64,000 bases of DNA from Gammaproteobacteria bacterium (GCA_046566745.1 JBKHWB010000001.1:23934-87933); one strand, 5' to 3'. Numbered from the stretch's first letter, positions 20,251 to 31,102 are shown. Notes: generated from the sequence alone by a model not told the origin. Numbers and translations are program-made.

Positions 20251-20799
20251 TTATTTCTTTTTCTTGGGGCCGATGAGCATATGCATCATCTTGCCTTCCA
20301 TCTTCGGGTGCTGTTCCACAGCCCCGATCTCGGCCAGGTCTTGCTCGATACGCTGCAATTGCTTCATACCGAGCTCCTGGTGAGCCATTTCACGTCCGCG
20401 GAAACGGAGCGTGATTTTTGCCTTGTCGCCTTCCTCAAGGAACCGGACGATCGACCGCAACTTGACCTGATAATCCGCTTCTTCCGTGCCGGGGCGCAGC
20501 TTGATTTCCTTGATCTGGACCTGATGCTGCTTCTTTTTGGCATCCTTCTTCTGCTGCTTTTGCTCGAAGACGTGCTTGCCATAGTCCATGATGCGGCATA
20601 CGGGCGGCTCGGCATCAGCCACGATCTCGACAAGGTCGAGCTCGACAGCTTCTGCGGCAGCCAGTGCCTGGCGCAGTTCGACAATGCCGACCTGCTCACC
20701 ATTCTGATCAATCAAACGCACTTCGCGCGCCCGGATTTCTGTATTCAGTGCCGGGCGTTTTTCTTTGGCAGGGCCATTACGTTCAGGCTTAATCGTCAA
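20251..20799 (-). CDS. infC: Translation initiation factor IF-3 (start is either UUG 20799 or in-frame AUU 20793)
   Basis: ..[43 protein letters not shown].. The UUG overlaps the thrS stop (TTGA), and an in-frame ATT lies two codons downstream. Confidence 0.9.
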   Translation of the reverse strand: MTIKPERNGPAKEKRPALNTEIRAREVRLIDQNGEQVGIVELRQALAAAEAVELDLVEIVADAEPPVCRIMDYGKHVFEQKQQKKDAKKKQHQVQIKEIKLRPGTEEADYQVKLRSIVRFLEEGDKAKITLRFRGREMAHQELGMKQLQRIEQDLAEIGAVEQHPKMEGKMMHMLIGPKKKK

Positions 20800-22721
20800 T
20801 TCTCCAAAACAATACGGCCCCGATGCGCGATATCCGCCTGGAGGCGAGCGGCAAAGTCGTCAACCGACATACTGCCCAGATCCTCGCCCTTGCGGGTACG
20901 CACAGCTACGGTGCCAGATTCCATCTCGCGATCCCCCACTACCAGCAGGTAGGGGATGCGCTCGAGGGTTCGCTCGCGAATCTTAAAGCCGATCTTCTCG
21001 TTTCTCAAGTCCGGAATGACCCGGAAGCCCTTATTCTTCAAGGCCTCCACCACCCTGGCGGAAGCGGTAGCCTGGGCATCGGTGATATTCATGACCACCG
21101 CCTGCACCGGCGCCAGCCAGGGCGGGAAGGCCCCGGCATAGTTCTCGATCAGCATGCCAATGAAGCGCTCGAAGGAGCCCAGGATGGCCCTGTGCAGCAT
21201 CACCGGGTACTGGCGGCTGTTGTCTTCGGCCACATAGGAGGCGTCAAGCCGCTGCGGCAGGTTGAAATCCAGCTGTATCGTGCCGCACTGCCAGGCGCGA
21301 CCGATGCAGTCATGCAGGGTGAACTCGATCTTGGGGCCGTAGAAGGCGCCCTCGCCCGGCTGCAGGTCATACTTCAAGCCAGCGTCTTCCAGCGCCCTGG
21401 CCAGCCCGGCCTCGGCACGGTCCCACAGGTCGTCCGAACCCACACGCTTGGCCGGCCGGGTGGACAGCTTGAGGCTGATGTCGGTAAAGCCGAAGTCAGC
21501 GTAAACCTGCATGGTCAGCCGGATGAAGGCCGCCGCCTCTTCGCCAATCTGGTCTTCGGTACAGAAGATATGGGCATCATCCTGGGTGAAGCCGCGCACG
21601 CGCATGATGCCGTGCAGGGCACCAGACGGCTCATTGCGGTGACAAGCCCCGAACTCGGCCATGCGTAACGGCAGGTCGCGATAGGACTTCAGACCCTGGT
21701 TGAATATCTGCACGTGGCAAGGGCAGTTCATGGGCTTGACCGCATAGTCACGGTTTTCAGACCCGGTCGTGAACATGTTGTCGGCATAGTTGGCCCAATG
21801 GCCCGAACGCTCCCAGAGCACCCGGTCCACCACCTGCGGGGTGCGGACTTCGACATAGCCGTTGTCCTGCTGCACCTTACGCATGTACTGCTCGAGTACC
21901 TGGTAGATGGTCCATCCGTTGGGGTGCCAGAACACCATGCCCGGCGCCTCTTCCTGCAGATGGAAGAGATCGAGCTGCTTGCCGATCTTGCGGTGGTCGC
22001 GCTTCTCGGCCTCTTCCATGCGCTGGATATAGGCAGAGAGCTGCTTCTTGTCGGCCCAGGCGGTGCCATAAATGCGCTGCAGCTGCTCGTTCTTGGAGTC
22101 GCCGCGCCAGTAGGCACCGGAAATCTTGGTCAGCTTGAAGGCCTTGAGGAAGCGGGTGTTGGGCACGTGGGGGCCACGGCACATGTCCACGTATTCCTCG
22201 TGGTAGTACAGGCCCATGGCCTTCTCGTCCGGCATGTCGTCCACCAGACGCAGCTTGTAGTCCTCGCCACGGGCCTTGAATACAGCAATGACCTCGTCAC
22301 GTGGCGTCACCTTCTTGATGACGTCGTAATCCTTGTCCATGAGCTCGGCCATGCGCTTTTCGATGGCAGCCATGTCGTCCGGCGTGAACGGACGCTCGAA
22401 CCAGATGTCGTAGTAGAAGCCTTCGGCGATAACCGGGCCGATGACCATCTTGGCGGTCGGATAGAGCTGCTTGACGGCATGGCCGACCAGATGGGCACAG
22501 GAGTGCCGAATGATCTCCACGCCCTCCTCGTCCTTGGGGGTCAGGATTTGCAGTGAAGCATCTTCAGTGATGAGATCACAGGCATCGACCAGTCGGCCGT
22601 TGACCTTGCCAGCGACCGTGGCCTTGGCAAGGCCGGCGCCAATCGAGGCAGCCACGTCGGCAACAGAAACCGGATGATCAAAGGAGCGGACCGAACCGTC
22701 CGGGAGGGTAATGGCAGGCAT
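20796..22721 (-). CDS. thrS: Threonine--tRNA ligase
   Basis: [14 protein letters not shown].. matches the canonical ThrRS N-terminus. ATG 22721 has GAAGGA 8 nt upstream, whereas the ORF-track ATG 22730 abuts the SD. Confidence 0.95.
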   Translation of the reverse strand: MPAITLPDGSVRSFDHPVSVADVAASIGAGLAKATVAGKVNGRLVDACDLITEDASLQILTPKDEEGVEIIRHSCAHLVGHAVKQLYPTAKMVIGPVIAEGFYYDIWFERPFTPDDMAAIEKRMAELMDKDYDVIKKVTPRDEVIAVFKARGEDYKLRLVDDMPDEKAMGLYYHEEYVDMCRGPHVPNTRFLKAFKLTKISGAYWRGDSKNEQLQRIYGTAWADKKQLSAYIQRMEEAEKRDHRKIGKQLDLFHLQEEAPGMVFWHPNGWTIYQVLEQYMRKVQQDNGYVEVRTPQVVDRVLWERSGHWANYADNMFTTGSENRDYAVKPMNCPCHVQIFNQGLKSYRDLPLRMAEFGACHRNEPSGALHGIMRVRGFTQDDAHIFCTEDQIGEEAAAFIRLTMQVYADFGFTDISLKLSTRPAKRVGSDDLWDRAEAGLARALEDAGLKYDLQPGEGAFYGPKIEFTLHDCIGRAWQCGTIQLDFNLPQRLDASYVAEDNSRQYPVMLHRAILGSFERFIGMLIENYAGAFPPWLAPVQAVVMNITDAQATASARVVEALKNKGFRVIPDLRNEKIGFKIRERTLERIPYLLVVGDREMESGTVAVRTRKGEDLGSMSVDDFAARLQADIAHRGRIVLEN

Positions 22722-22937
22722 GGTGTTCATCCTTCAGCAGTGGTGGCCGCCACGAGTGGCCACATGACATCGAGATTGCGGTGCCACAGATTTTTCCTGC
22801 CGGCAGCGGGTATACAGACCCACCGGAGCGGCTTCGACCGGCAGTTGGCCGGCACCTGAAGGCGAACGGAAAAAACCGAAACGCAATGGAGGGAGGCGAC
22901 TATAGCGGCAGAGGCAGGCGTCGCCAAGGGCCAACGT

Positions 22938-22966
22938 GAGCCGCCCCTTCAATGCCGGGGCGGCTC
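22938..22966 (-). terminator. Strong hairpin immediately after the lipoprotein stop codon (no U-tract)
   Basis: GAGCCGCCCC-9 nt-GGGGCGGCTC: perfect 10-bp stem. Confidence 0.4.
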
Positions 22967-22972
22967 GACGGG

Positions 22973-25177
22973 TCATCGCAGTGCAACCTGACCCAGCAAT
23001 GAACCAAGGTCATGGCGGGACTCGCCACCGGCAGAGTCAGACACCACCAGCGCCAGGTTCTCAAGATCAAGACCGATCAGCCAGTATTGCCCGGACGTCT
23101 GGATAAACACACCGTGTGCGCCGATATTCAACGCAAGCGCCACGCTGGTAGTGCTGTTGGGCTGATAGACACGCCAGTCGCCGTCCCGAATGGCCATGCG
23201 ATAGGTCTTGCTCCAGCCGTCGACGACCGCTTCACCATCGACCACCAGGTGCATGCCCGAGAAATCGAACCCGAGAATGGCGGTCAATGCAGCGCTGAAA
23301 TCGATGGATGCTCCGTCCGCGGCCTGGTTCAACACCCCCACCAACTGGTCACGGACATGGCTGGCCAGCTTGCCCGCCCGGGTCAGCGAACCCGTAGCAA
23401 GCACGCGCGTCTGCGGTACCGTCAAAACGTTCGCCAGGAACCGCGCACTGAGAGAACCGTCACCGTTTTCATCCAGCGTGAACGTCAGGTGCTGGTCGGT
23501 TCCCGACTGGATACGGAACGTGTCACCATTCGGCAACGTCAGCTGGCCATGGGTAACGCCCCCCTCAACCAGCATGCCGCCCTCTGCCGCACCATCCATG
23601 TCCAGTTCGGCACTTGCGCTGCCGCTAACAGCAAGACGACTGCCATTGGACAGATTCTCGATGCCAGCCTCACCATCAATGGCAAAGGTTCCATGCCCGC
23701 TCTCGAGCATCCCGGCAATCGCTGTCACCAGCGATGACAGGTCACCAGAGCCCGCAGCGATCTGGTCTATCGCGGCCAGCAACGGTGTCAGGTCGGTCTC
23801 ATGAGACTGGATGACCAGGCTACCGTTGATCCCTGCATCTATGCGATCACTCGTCACTGAACCAACGGCGCGATAGACAAACCGCTTGTCCGCGGCCCCA
23901 CGCCGGAACGACGTCAGGTCGATGGTCACATTGACCTGCAATCCAAGATGGGTGCCACTGATGACCAGCCTGTCGGGTAGCGTGGCGGTCTTGCGCTTGA
24001 GCACGGCATTCAGCTCGCCCGACACGAGCGGAAACTCGGTGTAAGACGCTGGCAGAGCGTCGAGATAGACCGCGCCCATCAAGGAGTACAGCACGGACTG
24101 CATGACCACCTGCACTACGGCCGGTGAATCCGGTCCGAGCAGCCAACCAAACTCGGACAGCTCCTTTGCCACAAGATGTTCAAGACTGACGGCACCGGAC
24201 TCGCGGATGACGCGCTGGACATCCTCGCCCAGCCCCCCCAGGCCATTGAGGAAGGCAGCAGAATCAAAGCGGGCAGCCGGCAATGTCGTGAATTCATCGG
24301 CATTGAGCACGGCGAGACGATTGAGCCATTCGTTCGACTGCAGCCGCGCAGGATCCGCGCCAACATGCATTCCCACCTGCACAGCAGCATCCAGCAGCGA
24401 GGCCAGCGAAGCACCAGTGGCTGCTTCCTGCAGCAGGCGACCGTTACCCTGCGTGAAGGCAGTAGCAAAGGCATCAATCACCGCCTGCATGTCGCCACCA
24501 GAAGCCATCTGGGCAAAGCCGGCAGAAAGCAGCGACACCCGCAACTGGTCAGGTGATGCCGCGGCAACAAATGTCGCACTGGTAATGTCACCCGGCAGAG
24601 CCATCAGGGCATCAACGCCCACACCCAAGGCACGGGCCAGGCGCTGCCGTGAAAAAGCAAAGGCGGCGGCATCCGGCACTCCGTCCAGCGACTCGGCGTA
24701 GCGAACCACCATGGTACTGAGCGGTGTGAGCGGCATGACACGAACATTGCCCCCGGCATCCACCTCTGCCCAGGTCTTCAGTTGAGGAACATCTGCCAGC
24801 GGCAGCCACTCGCCAAATGCCGCATTGCCGCAACCAGCAGGAGCATCACAACGCATTCGGGTCTGAACGCCACCGGAGGCGGCCGAGAGATCCAGCCTCA
24901 GGATGCCGGCCGACGCTTCCGGGCCAAGCGCAATGCTGAAGCTGCCGTCCTCGCGAGTAAACGCCGTTGCCACTGCAGCCCACTGGCCATCGTGCCAACG
25001 CTGGGCCGTCACAACACCGTTGTGTATGACCCCCTTGACGGCGGCACTGCTGACAGAAGGATTGGTGGTGGCGCCAGGCAGCGAACCAACGGACTGGTCT
25101 GCACCCTCATTGCCGCAAGCAGCGAGCAGCAGTGAAGCGGCAAGCACCAAGGGGCGGAAAAGCGGCTTAAGCGTCAT
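22973..25177 (-). CDS. Large lipoprotein of unknown function
   Basis: 734 aa. Lipobox ..LAASLLLAAC|GNEG. Coding-like composition. I recognise no domain. Confidence 0.7.
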   Translation of the reverse strand: MTLKPLFRPLVLAASLLLAACGNEGADQSVGSLPGATTNPSVSSAAVKGVIHNGVVTAQRWHDGQWAAVATAFTREDGSFSIALGPEASAGILRLDLSAASGGVQTRMRCDAPAGCGNAAFGEWLPLADVPQLKTWAEVDAGGNVRVMPLTPLSTMVVRYAESLDGVPDAAAFAFSRQRLARALGVGVDALMALPGDITSATFVAAASPDQLRVSLLSAGFAQMASGGDMQAVIDAFATAFTQGNGRLLQEAATGASLASLLDAAVQVGMHVGADPARLQSNEWLNRLAVLNADEFTTLPAARFDSAAFLNGLGGLGEDVQRVIRESGAVSLEHLVAKELSEFGWLLGPDSPAVVQVVMQSVLYSLMGAVYLDALPASYTEFPLVSGELNAVLKRKTATLPDRLVISGTHLGLQVNVTIDLTSFRRGAADKRFVYRAVGSVTSDRIDAGINGSLVIQSHETDLTPLLAAIDQIAAGSGDLSSLVTAIAGMLESGHGTFAIDGEAGIENLSNGSRLAVSGSASAELDMDGAAEGGMLVEGGVTHGQLTLPNGDTFRIQSGTDQHLTFTLDENGDGSLSARFLANVLTVPQTRVLATGSLTRAGKLASHVRDQLVGVLNQAADGASIDFSAALTAILGFDFSGMHLVVDGEAVVDGWSKTYRMAIRDGDWRVYQPNSTTSVALALNIGAHGVFIQTSGQYWLIGLDLENLALVVSDSAGGESRHDLGSLLGQVALR

Positions 25178-25352
25178 GAGGGTCAGGCTCCCGATCTGTT
25201 GTTCTTGTTATCGGGCGACACGGCTATAAAAGACACCCAAGTGTCTGAAGATTGTCCGGGAGCCAGAGAGCCACCACAATTCCATTCATCAATGTAATGG
25301 TGCCATCGGGCATGCCACGACTGCCCCATGCAACCGGCAACCGGAAACCGTG

Positions 25353-28300
25353 TTAGAAACGGAAGTTGTAAAAAAGGTCGATAGCATTCTCGATGGACGA
25401 CACTGCCTCCAGATAAAGCCGGGGCCGGATCTGGTAGCGCATGGTGACCGTATTGACGGGCGTGAACACACCCACGCCGTAACTCAGGAACAGATCCGGG
25501 CTCAGGTAGCCGGACACCTTGACCTGGGTATCATCACCACTGCCCTCGGCATCCAGCGACAGGTCTTGCACACCCAGCAAGCCGCCAATTCCAGAGGTAA
25601 GACCAAATCCTTCGCCGCCTTTGGCCCCCAGTTTGATGGCGGCGGCAGCGATCATCGCATCATTGGAGCTACTGCCATCCGCCCTCCGACTGGCCAGCGG
25701 TCGGCCCAGCACCAGATAGGACACCATGTCGGCCTGCGCCATGGCCGGCTCGGAAAACAGCGTCACTTCCGGGGCATCCGCCCGACCCTCCACGCGCACT
25801 CCGACAATTTTGTCATCCACTTCGCGGATGGCTTCGGCATCAATGGCCGGTTTGGTGATGCTCCCTGCAAACACCAGACGCCCGCGCCTAACCAGCAGCT
25901 TCTGACCATAGGCTTCATAGCGGGAATCCCTGTTCAGCTCCAGTTCGCCGGAAGCTTCCAGTCCCTGCCGGGCCGTCTGGCGCAGGCGCAAGCCGCCCCC
26001 CAAACCACCGATAACGCCAAAGCCATTGAAAAACACGTCATCACCCAACACCAGCTCCACATCGGCATTCAGTGCCGTTGCCTGCCCGCGCCTGGCTGTT
26101 ACCGCCCGCAGCTCCCCGTCTGCTCTCTCCACGATCTTCACGTCCGGCGAGAGCGCAACCGACCGTTCCGGCAACTGTTTGACGTTGACGCGGGCGTAAG
26201 GCACCTGCACCAAGCCTGTCAGGTCGACCCGACCGGGCCTCCACTGTAATTGCAAATCGGGGCTGACCTCTGCCACCAACTCGGGCTGCTGACGCACGGC
26301 GAAACGACTGCCCTTGAGCCCGAGGCTGATGTTGGGCTGGTCATACCACTCACCCGTGCCTGTTACGGCCACCGAGCCTTCGCCACTCTTGAGTCGGCCG
26401 GAGAAATCCGCCCTGTCACCCTGCACATCCACCCAGGCCGACATGTCTTCAGCCGACAACGGCGCGTTGCGCACCGCCATCCGCCCATCCGCGAGCTTGA
26501 TCGCCCCCCAGAAACGCGGGCGGGCCAGGACGCCATCCAGACGCCCCTCGACCGAAACAGCGCCTGACAGCAACGACAAAGATGGCAAGAAGGGCTGGAG
26601 AAGCTCCAGCCGCAAGCCCTTGAGTGCAACATCGCCGGTCAGGGGCTTGTCTTGTTGCCAAGGATTGATGACGGCATCCAGCCTGCCGGAGCCCAGGTCG
26701 GAGGACTGGAGAATCATGACCGAACGCACTGCTTCAGCGTCCGCGTCCACCTCCACCGAGAACTGGTCATACTTCATGACGAGCGGTGCCCCCTCATCGC
26801 GCAGCAGCTGGATCTCGCCCCCCCGGGTACTGAACTGCCCCTCGGCAGCGGGACTGGCCCCCTCCTGCCACGAGGCCGTCACAGCGCCCTCCAACAGCCC
26901 CTGCCACACCAGCCCCTCCGGCAGCATGGCCGACAGGCGATCGGCCTGCAGCCCCCTGAGACTCACAACGGCGCGCCCGTCCCGGCCGGCCACAAGAGGC
27001 TCCTGCAAGCACAGCTCCGCCGGCGTGCTAAGCCAGCAATGCGCACCCAGCGTCGCCTGACGATCATCGTGCGACCAGGCAACCGGCACGGGCCCGGATC
27101 CGGCATCAAGAACCCAGGTCATGCCTTCCGCCGTGACAGCCCCCTGATCCAGCTGGCCAGACCAATTGCCTGAGCCCGTATCCAGGATGCCCGACGCCTG
27201 GCCACTGGTCGTTACCGGCGCGTTAGTGAGCGCCCAGGACAGGTGATGATCCGCCACCTGCCCGTCGGCAGAGAGCGCCAGATCACCCAGCAGGCGGCCG
27301 GAGGGCATCATTAATCCCTGCACAGCCAGCCCAAGCCGGCTGGGCTGCTCGCCCGCCTCTTGCGCCGTCAACTGCACCGAGCCTTCGCGGAAGGCGTAGC
27401 CACGATATGCTACGCCAACAAGCCCCAGGTCGGCCGACACGTCGGGCCGGTCTGGCCGGCCTGCCACCGTAACATGGCCTTGCACACGCCCCTCAAGCCC
27501 CGGCACGGCAATGGACGGGTCAGCCAGATCAAGTTGCAAGCGGGTTTGCCACCCCTCAACGGACACACCGCCAGCAAACTGTGCTTCGTTTTTACCCCAG
27601 GAGGCCACCAGAGAGGGCGACGAGACCGTTGGCGGCCGTCCCGCGGCTTGGGCCAATCGCAAGGAACCGTCGACGCGCAAGGGGTGGCCCCTGAGGCTAC
27701 CGGCCACGTTGATATCAGCCAGGTCAGCCGCCAGGCTGGCGCCATGTACGCTACCCCGCCCGCTGACCGACCCACTGAATTGGCCAGACCATTCCGGTAA
27801 CAACCACGTGCTATCGAAATTATCGAGGACGACGGCCCCGGCCCAGTCCACTCCCTGACGCAAATCCAGCTCACCCCCGGCCTGCAGGGCTCCCGCCTCT
27901 CCGTTATAGGTGACTGATTCCACCCGCAATTTGCGCCCACTCCCCTCAACATCACCGGTCCATCGGCCGGCGGGAAGAATGCCGCTGGCCATACCCGCCT
28001 CAACGGTGGCCTGGTAACGCTCGCGGTTCCCGTTGAACGTCAGTGTTCCGTTATCACTGGACACGAACTTCAGGGCTGCCAACGGGCGACTGACCGCAAC
28101 CCAGCGCACGACGGCCCGATGCTGGGCAGCCGGGTCCCAAAGCACTCCGGAGCTTCTGTTATCGAACTGCCACTGCTCGCCCCCCGACAGGCGCACGCCG
28201 AGCATCACGGCAGATCCCTGCGGTCGGCTACTGCCCTTGCTGGTCAGGGAGCCATTGAGCACAGGCAAGACAGAACGGGCTGAAGGCCAATGACGAGAAG

Positions 28301-29378
28301 CGTCAATACCCGCCAGACGACCCGACAGCGACCAGGCCAAACCTGACTGCCAGGAAACTTCGCCATCCGCATTAATTTCACCACCCAAGCCATTGATTTT
28401 TAATGATTCAAAATCAATGGAGTGCCAGTCCGTTGCAAACCGCCACTGATAATCCGCGGGCGGCGTGAATGCCGATGCCAGACGCGCCTCGCCCCTGGAA
28501 CGCAAGCCGGTTTTGTCACCGATCACCTGTATCCGTCCGCTGCTGCTCCGGATCTGATAGGCCGTCAGCCAAGGAAAATCATGGTCTGACCAATCGAGGG
28601 ATGCGTTGTAAGGCAGGTCTGGCAGAAGAGGTCTGACCACCCCGGACAAATTAGCGACGTAAGCCCCGCGCGAGAGCGCCTGCAACTCCAGCCGGGCCAC
28701 TTCGCCGCCCAGCGTCACCTGCAGAGGCGCCCAGCCCTTTTCCATCAGCCAGCGCGGAGACAGCTGGCCGCTGGCTTCAAGCGGATAGCCTCCTGACAGA
28801 CGGATGCGCCCTGCCAGCGTCAGGCCGCCATAGCGGGGCTCCCTGGCCTGCAATTTTTCCAAGGACACGGACGCCCCCTGCCAGAAGCCCTTGGCCTCGA
28901 TGACAGCAACGGGCCACTCCCGCCCCTGCTTGCGCAGCATCACCTCCGCCAGGCGGAGGTGATGAACGTCCAGGGCAATTGGCAACACCAGGCGCGGCAA
29001 CCTGACCGGGTCGCGCGAGGGTGGCGCCTTGAGAGTCAGCACCACCCCTTCAGCCTGCAGGTGGTAGAGGTCAATCTCGCCCTTCAGCAACTGCAACAGC
29101 GACCAGCGTGCCAGCAAGTGACGCACGAACAGATCAGTCTTGCGGGTCTGCAAGCGGACGTCGACAAGCTCCAGCCCGGTGAGAAGTGTGCCCCCTTTCA
29201 CCTCCAGGGAGAGCATTTTCTGCATGCCCAGCCCCTTCTCCAGTAGCCAGCGACTGCCAGTTTCGGAGCCGATAAGCCCCAGTACTGGCACAGCAATCAG
29301 CACGAGCAGCAGCACCCCCCACAGGACCAGTCGTCCGAGGGTGATCAACACCTTGCCGCCCTGCACGCGCCAATTCAA
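25353..29378 (-). CDS. tamB: Translocation and assembly module subunit TamB (DUF490 C-terminus)
   Basis: 1341 aa with an N-terminal signal anchor, a long beta-rich body, and a C-terminus ..YQIRPRLYLEAVSSIENAIDLFYNFRF. TTGA overlap with tamA. Confidence 0.85.
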   Translation of the reverse strand: MNWRVQGGKVLITLGRLVLWGVLLLVLIAVPVLGLIGSETGSRWLLEKGLGMQKMLSLEVKGGTLLTGLELVDVRLQTRKTDLFVRHLLARWSLLQLLKGEIDLYHLQAEGVVLTLKAPPSRDPVRLPRLVLPIALDVHHLRLAEVMLRKQGREWPVAVIEAKGFWQGASVSLEKLQAREPRYGGLTLAGRIRLSGGYPLEASGQLSPRWLMEKGWAPLQVTLGGEVARLELQALSRGAYVANLSGVVRPLLPDLPYNASLDWSDHDFPWLTAYQIRSSSGRIQVIGDKTGLRSRGEARLASAFTPPADYQWRFATDWHSIDFESLKINGLGGEINADGEVSWQSGLAWSLSGRLAGIDASRHWPSARSVLPVLNGSLTSKGSSRPQGSAVMLGVRLSGGEQWQFDNRSSGVLWDPAAQHRAVVRWVAVSRPLAALKFVSSDNGTLTFNGNRERYQATVEAGMASGILPAGRWTGDVEGSGRKLRVESVTYNGEAGALQAGGELDLRQGVDWAGAVVLDNFDSTWLLPEWSGQFSGSVSGRGSVHGASLAADLADINVAGSLRGHPLRVDGSLRLAQAAGRPPTVSSPSLVASWGKNEAQFAGGVSVEGWQTRLQLDLADPSIAVPGLEGRVQGHVTVAGRPDRPDVSADLGLVGVAYRGYAFREGSVQLTAQEAGEQPSRLGLAVQGLMMPSGRLLGDLALSADGQVADHHLSWALTNAPVTTSGQASGILDTGSGNWSGQLDQGAVTAEGMTWVLDAGSGPVPVAWSHDDRQATLGAHCWLSTPAELCLQEPLVAGRDGRAVVSLRGLQADRLSAMLPEGLVWQGLLEGAVTASWQEGASPAAEGQFSTRGGEIQLLRDEGAPLVMKYDQFSVEVDADAEAVRSVMILQSSDLGSGRLDAVINPWQQDKPLTGDVALKGLRLELLQPFLPSLSLLSGAVSVEGRLDGVLARPRFWGAIKLADGRMAVRNAPLSAEDMSAWVDVQGDRADFSGRLKSGEGSVAVTGTGEWYDQPNISLGLKGSRFAVRQQPELVAEVSPDLQLQWRPGRVDLTGLVQVPYARVNVKQLPERSVALSPDVKIVERADGELRAVTARRGQATALNADVELVLGDDVFFNGFGVIGGLGGGLRLRQTARQGLEASGELELNRDSRYEAYGQKLLVRRGRLVFAGSITKPAIDAEAIREVDDKIVGVRVEGRADAPEVTLFSEPAMAQADMVSYLVLGRPLASRRADGSSSNDAMIAAAAIKLGAKGGEGFGLTSGIGGLLGVQDLSLDAEGSGDDTQVKVSGYLSPDLFLSYGVGVFTPVNTVTMRYQIRPRLYLEAVSSIENAIDLFYNFRF

Positions 29379-31102
29379 AGGTTGGGCCCCATGGAAAAAT
29401 GAACGCGAAAACCCTGGTCGGGATCCGTAACAGCCCAGGCCAGATCCAGCCGGATAGGCCCCACGGGGGATACCCAGCGAATACCGACACCTGCCCCGAC
29501 TTTCAGGGGATCGCTCACGCTGTCAAAGGCGTTCCCGCCATCAGTGAACAACGCCACCCGCCAGCGGGGGTAAAACGTGTAATCGTACTCAAGACTGGCC
29601 GTCGCCAGATAACGCCCACCCACTGCAATACCATTCTCGTCACGCGGCGACAGGGACTTGTAATCATAGCCGCGCACACTCTGGTCACCGCCGGCAAAGA
29701 AACGGGTCGTGAGCGGAACATCATCGAAATCCGTGGTCACGATTCCCCCGCCATCCATCCTGAGCAAAAACTGGTGATGGTTGGCATAGGTTCGCAGCAG
29801 GCGGAAGCCGGCACGCAAGGAGACGAAGTCGGCATCGGACAGGAAACGGGAAGACGCCAGCTCAGCCTGATAGTACTGACGGTCGCCCCAGAAAGGATCG
29901 ACCCCTCCCTTGCTGCGGATTCGATCCAGGCTAACACCCGGCAGGACCAGGTCGGACTTGCCTTCTTCCCCGTCCGGCAACTGGAACGACTCCCGGTTCC
30001 AGCGCAACGAAACCGTCCGCTTCCAGCCCTGGTCCCGCTGAATCTGCCGCTGCACCCCCACCACCGTGTTGTAGGTGACCACATCCTCGACGTCTTCGCG
30101 CTGCACGCCGTAGACCAATTGCACCACATCATCAATCGGATGCTTCCACGGTATCGTGTAGTCGGAGTCAAAACTGCGCCGCACGGCGGACAGCTCGGTA
30201 CTGGCCCGGATGCTGTGCCCCCGGTCATTCACCCGTGGCCGGCGCCATGCAAGACTCAGGCGCGCTTCCACATCGGTGGAATACCCCACGCCAACGTCCA
30301 TGTCATTCGGGTCTTCGCCGGCCAGGTACACGCCAATCGGCACCTGCGAACCAGATGCTTCATCGCGCTGCTGGCGAACACGCACCTCGTTGAAATACCG
30401 GGTATCGAGCAGCGACTGGTTGAGTTTGAGAACCTGGGCAGCATCATAGGGCTCGCCTTCGCGAAACGGCACCAGACGCTCAAGCAGCGAGGTGGTAATG
30501 ATGGACTGTTCCTCACCGTCCGGGCCGATGAAACGCACCGGGCCAAAGGCAAACCGGGGACCACTGTCGTGCACCAGGTCTATGTCCACGCGCTTCGCCT
30601 CCGGATCCACAAGCGCCTCGCTGTGTACCCAGGAAGCGTCGAAATAGCCACGCTCAAGTGCCAGTGACTGCACGGCCGTCTTGATGGCTTCATAGTGGCC
30701 GTGGTGGAACACGTCTCCTTCCTTGAGCGTCAGGCTTTCGCGAAGGACGGTAAACGCAATGTCGTTGCCAGCCTCCCCCTGGAAGACCAGGCGCAGCCGC
30801 GCCACCCGCACCGGTTCCCCCGGCGTGACACTGACGATGACACTACCGTCACGTTGTTCCACGCGCACGTCTGCACCATAGAAACCCATGGCCTCCATCG
30901 CCTCGCGGGCAGCCGAGAGCAGGCGCGGCCTGCTGGCCCGCCAGTTGCGCAGGTCATCGGTAGTCAGCTTGCCCAGATAAGAAGAAACATTGGCGCGGGC
31001 CTCGCCGTCCACTCCGGCCACCGTCACCTTGACCGGGTCCGCCGCCAGCGCGGGAGCCGACGCAAGCACCAGCACGAGGCCCAGCCATAAGGCCTGCCTC
31101 AT
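29375..31102 (-). CDS. tamA: Outer-membrane Omp85-family protein TamA
   Basis: Signal peptide MRQALWLGLVLVLASAPALA, POTRA-like repeats, and a C-terminal barrel ending ..FRVHFSMGPNL. ATG 31102 has GGAG upstream, so the ORF-track start at 31225 is rejected. Confidence 0.85.
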   Translation of the reverse strand: MRQALWLGLVLVLASAPALAADPVKVTVAGVDGEARANVSSYLGKLTTDDLRNWRASRPRLLSAAREAMEAMGFYGADVRVEQRDGSVIVSVTPGEPVRVARLRLVFQGEAGNDIAFTVLRESLTLKEGDVFHHGHYEAIKTAVQSLALERGYFDASWVHSEALVDPEAKRVDIDLVHDSGPRFAFGPVRFIGPDGEEQSIITTSLLERLVPFREGEPYDAAQVLKLNQSLLDTRYFNEVRVRQQRDEASGSQVPIGVYLAGEDPNDMDVGVGYSTDVEARLSLAWRRPRVNDRGHSIRASTELSAVRRSFDSDYTIPWKHPIDDVVQLVYGVQREDVEDVVTYNTVVGVQRQIQRDQGWKRTVSLRWNRESFQLPDGEEGKSDLVLPGVSLDRIRSKGGVDPFWGDRQYYQAELASSRFLSDADFVSLRAGFRLLRTYANHHQFLLRMDGGGIVTTDFDDVPLTTRFFAGGDQSVRGYDYKSLSPRDENGIAVGGRYLATASLEYDYTFYPRWRVALFTDGGNAFDSVSDPLKVGAGVGIRWVSPVGPIRLDLAWAVTDPDQGFRVHFSMGPNL

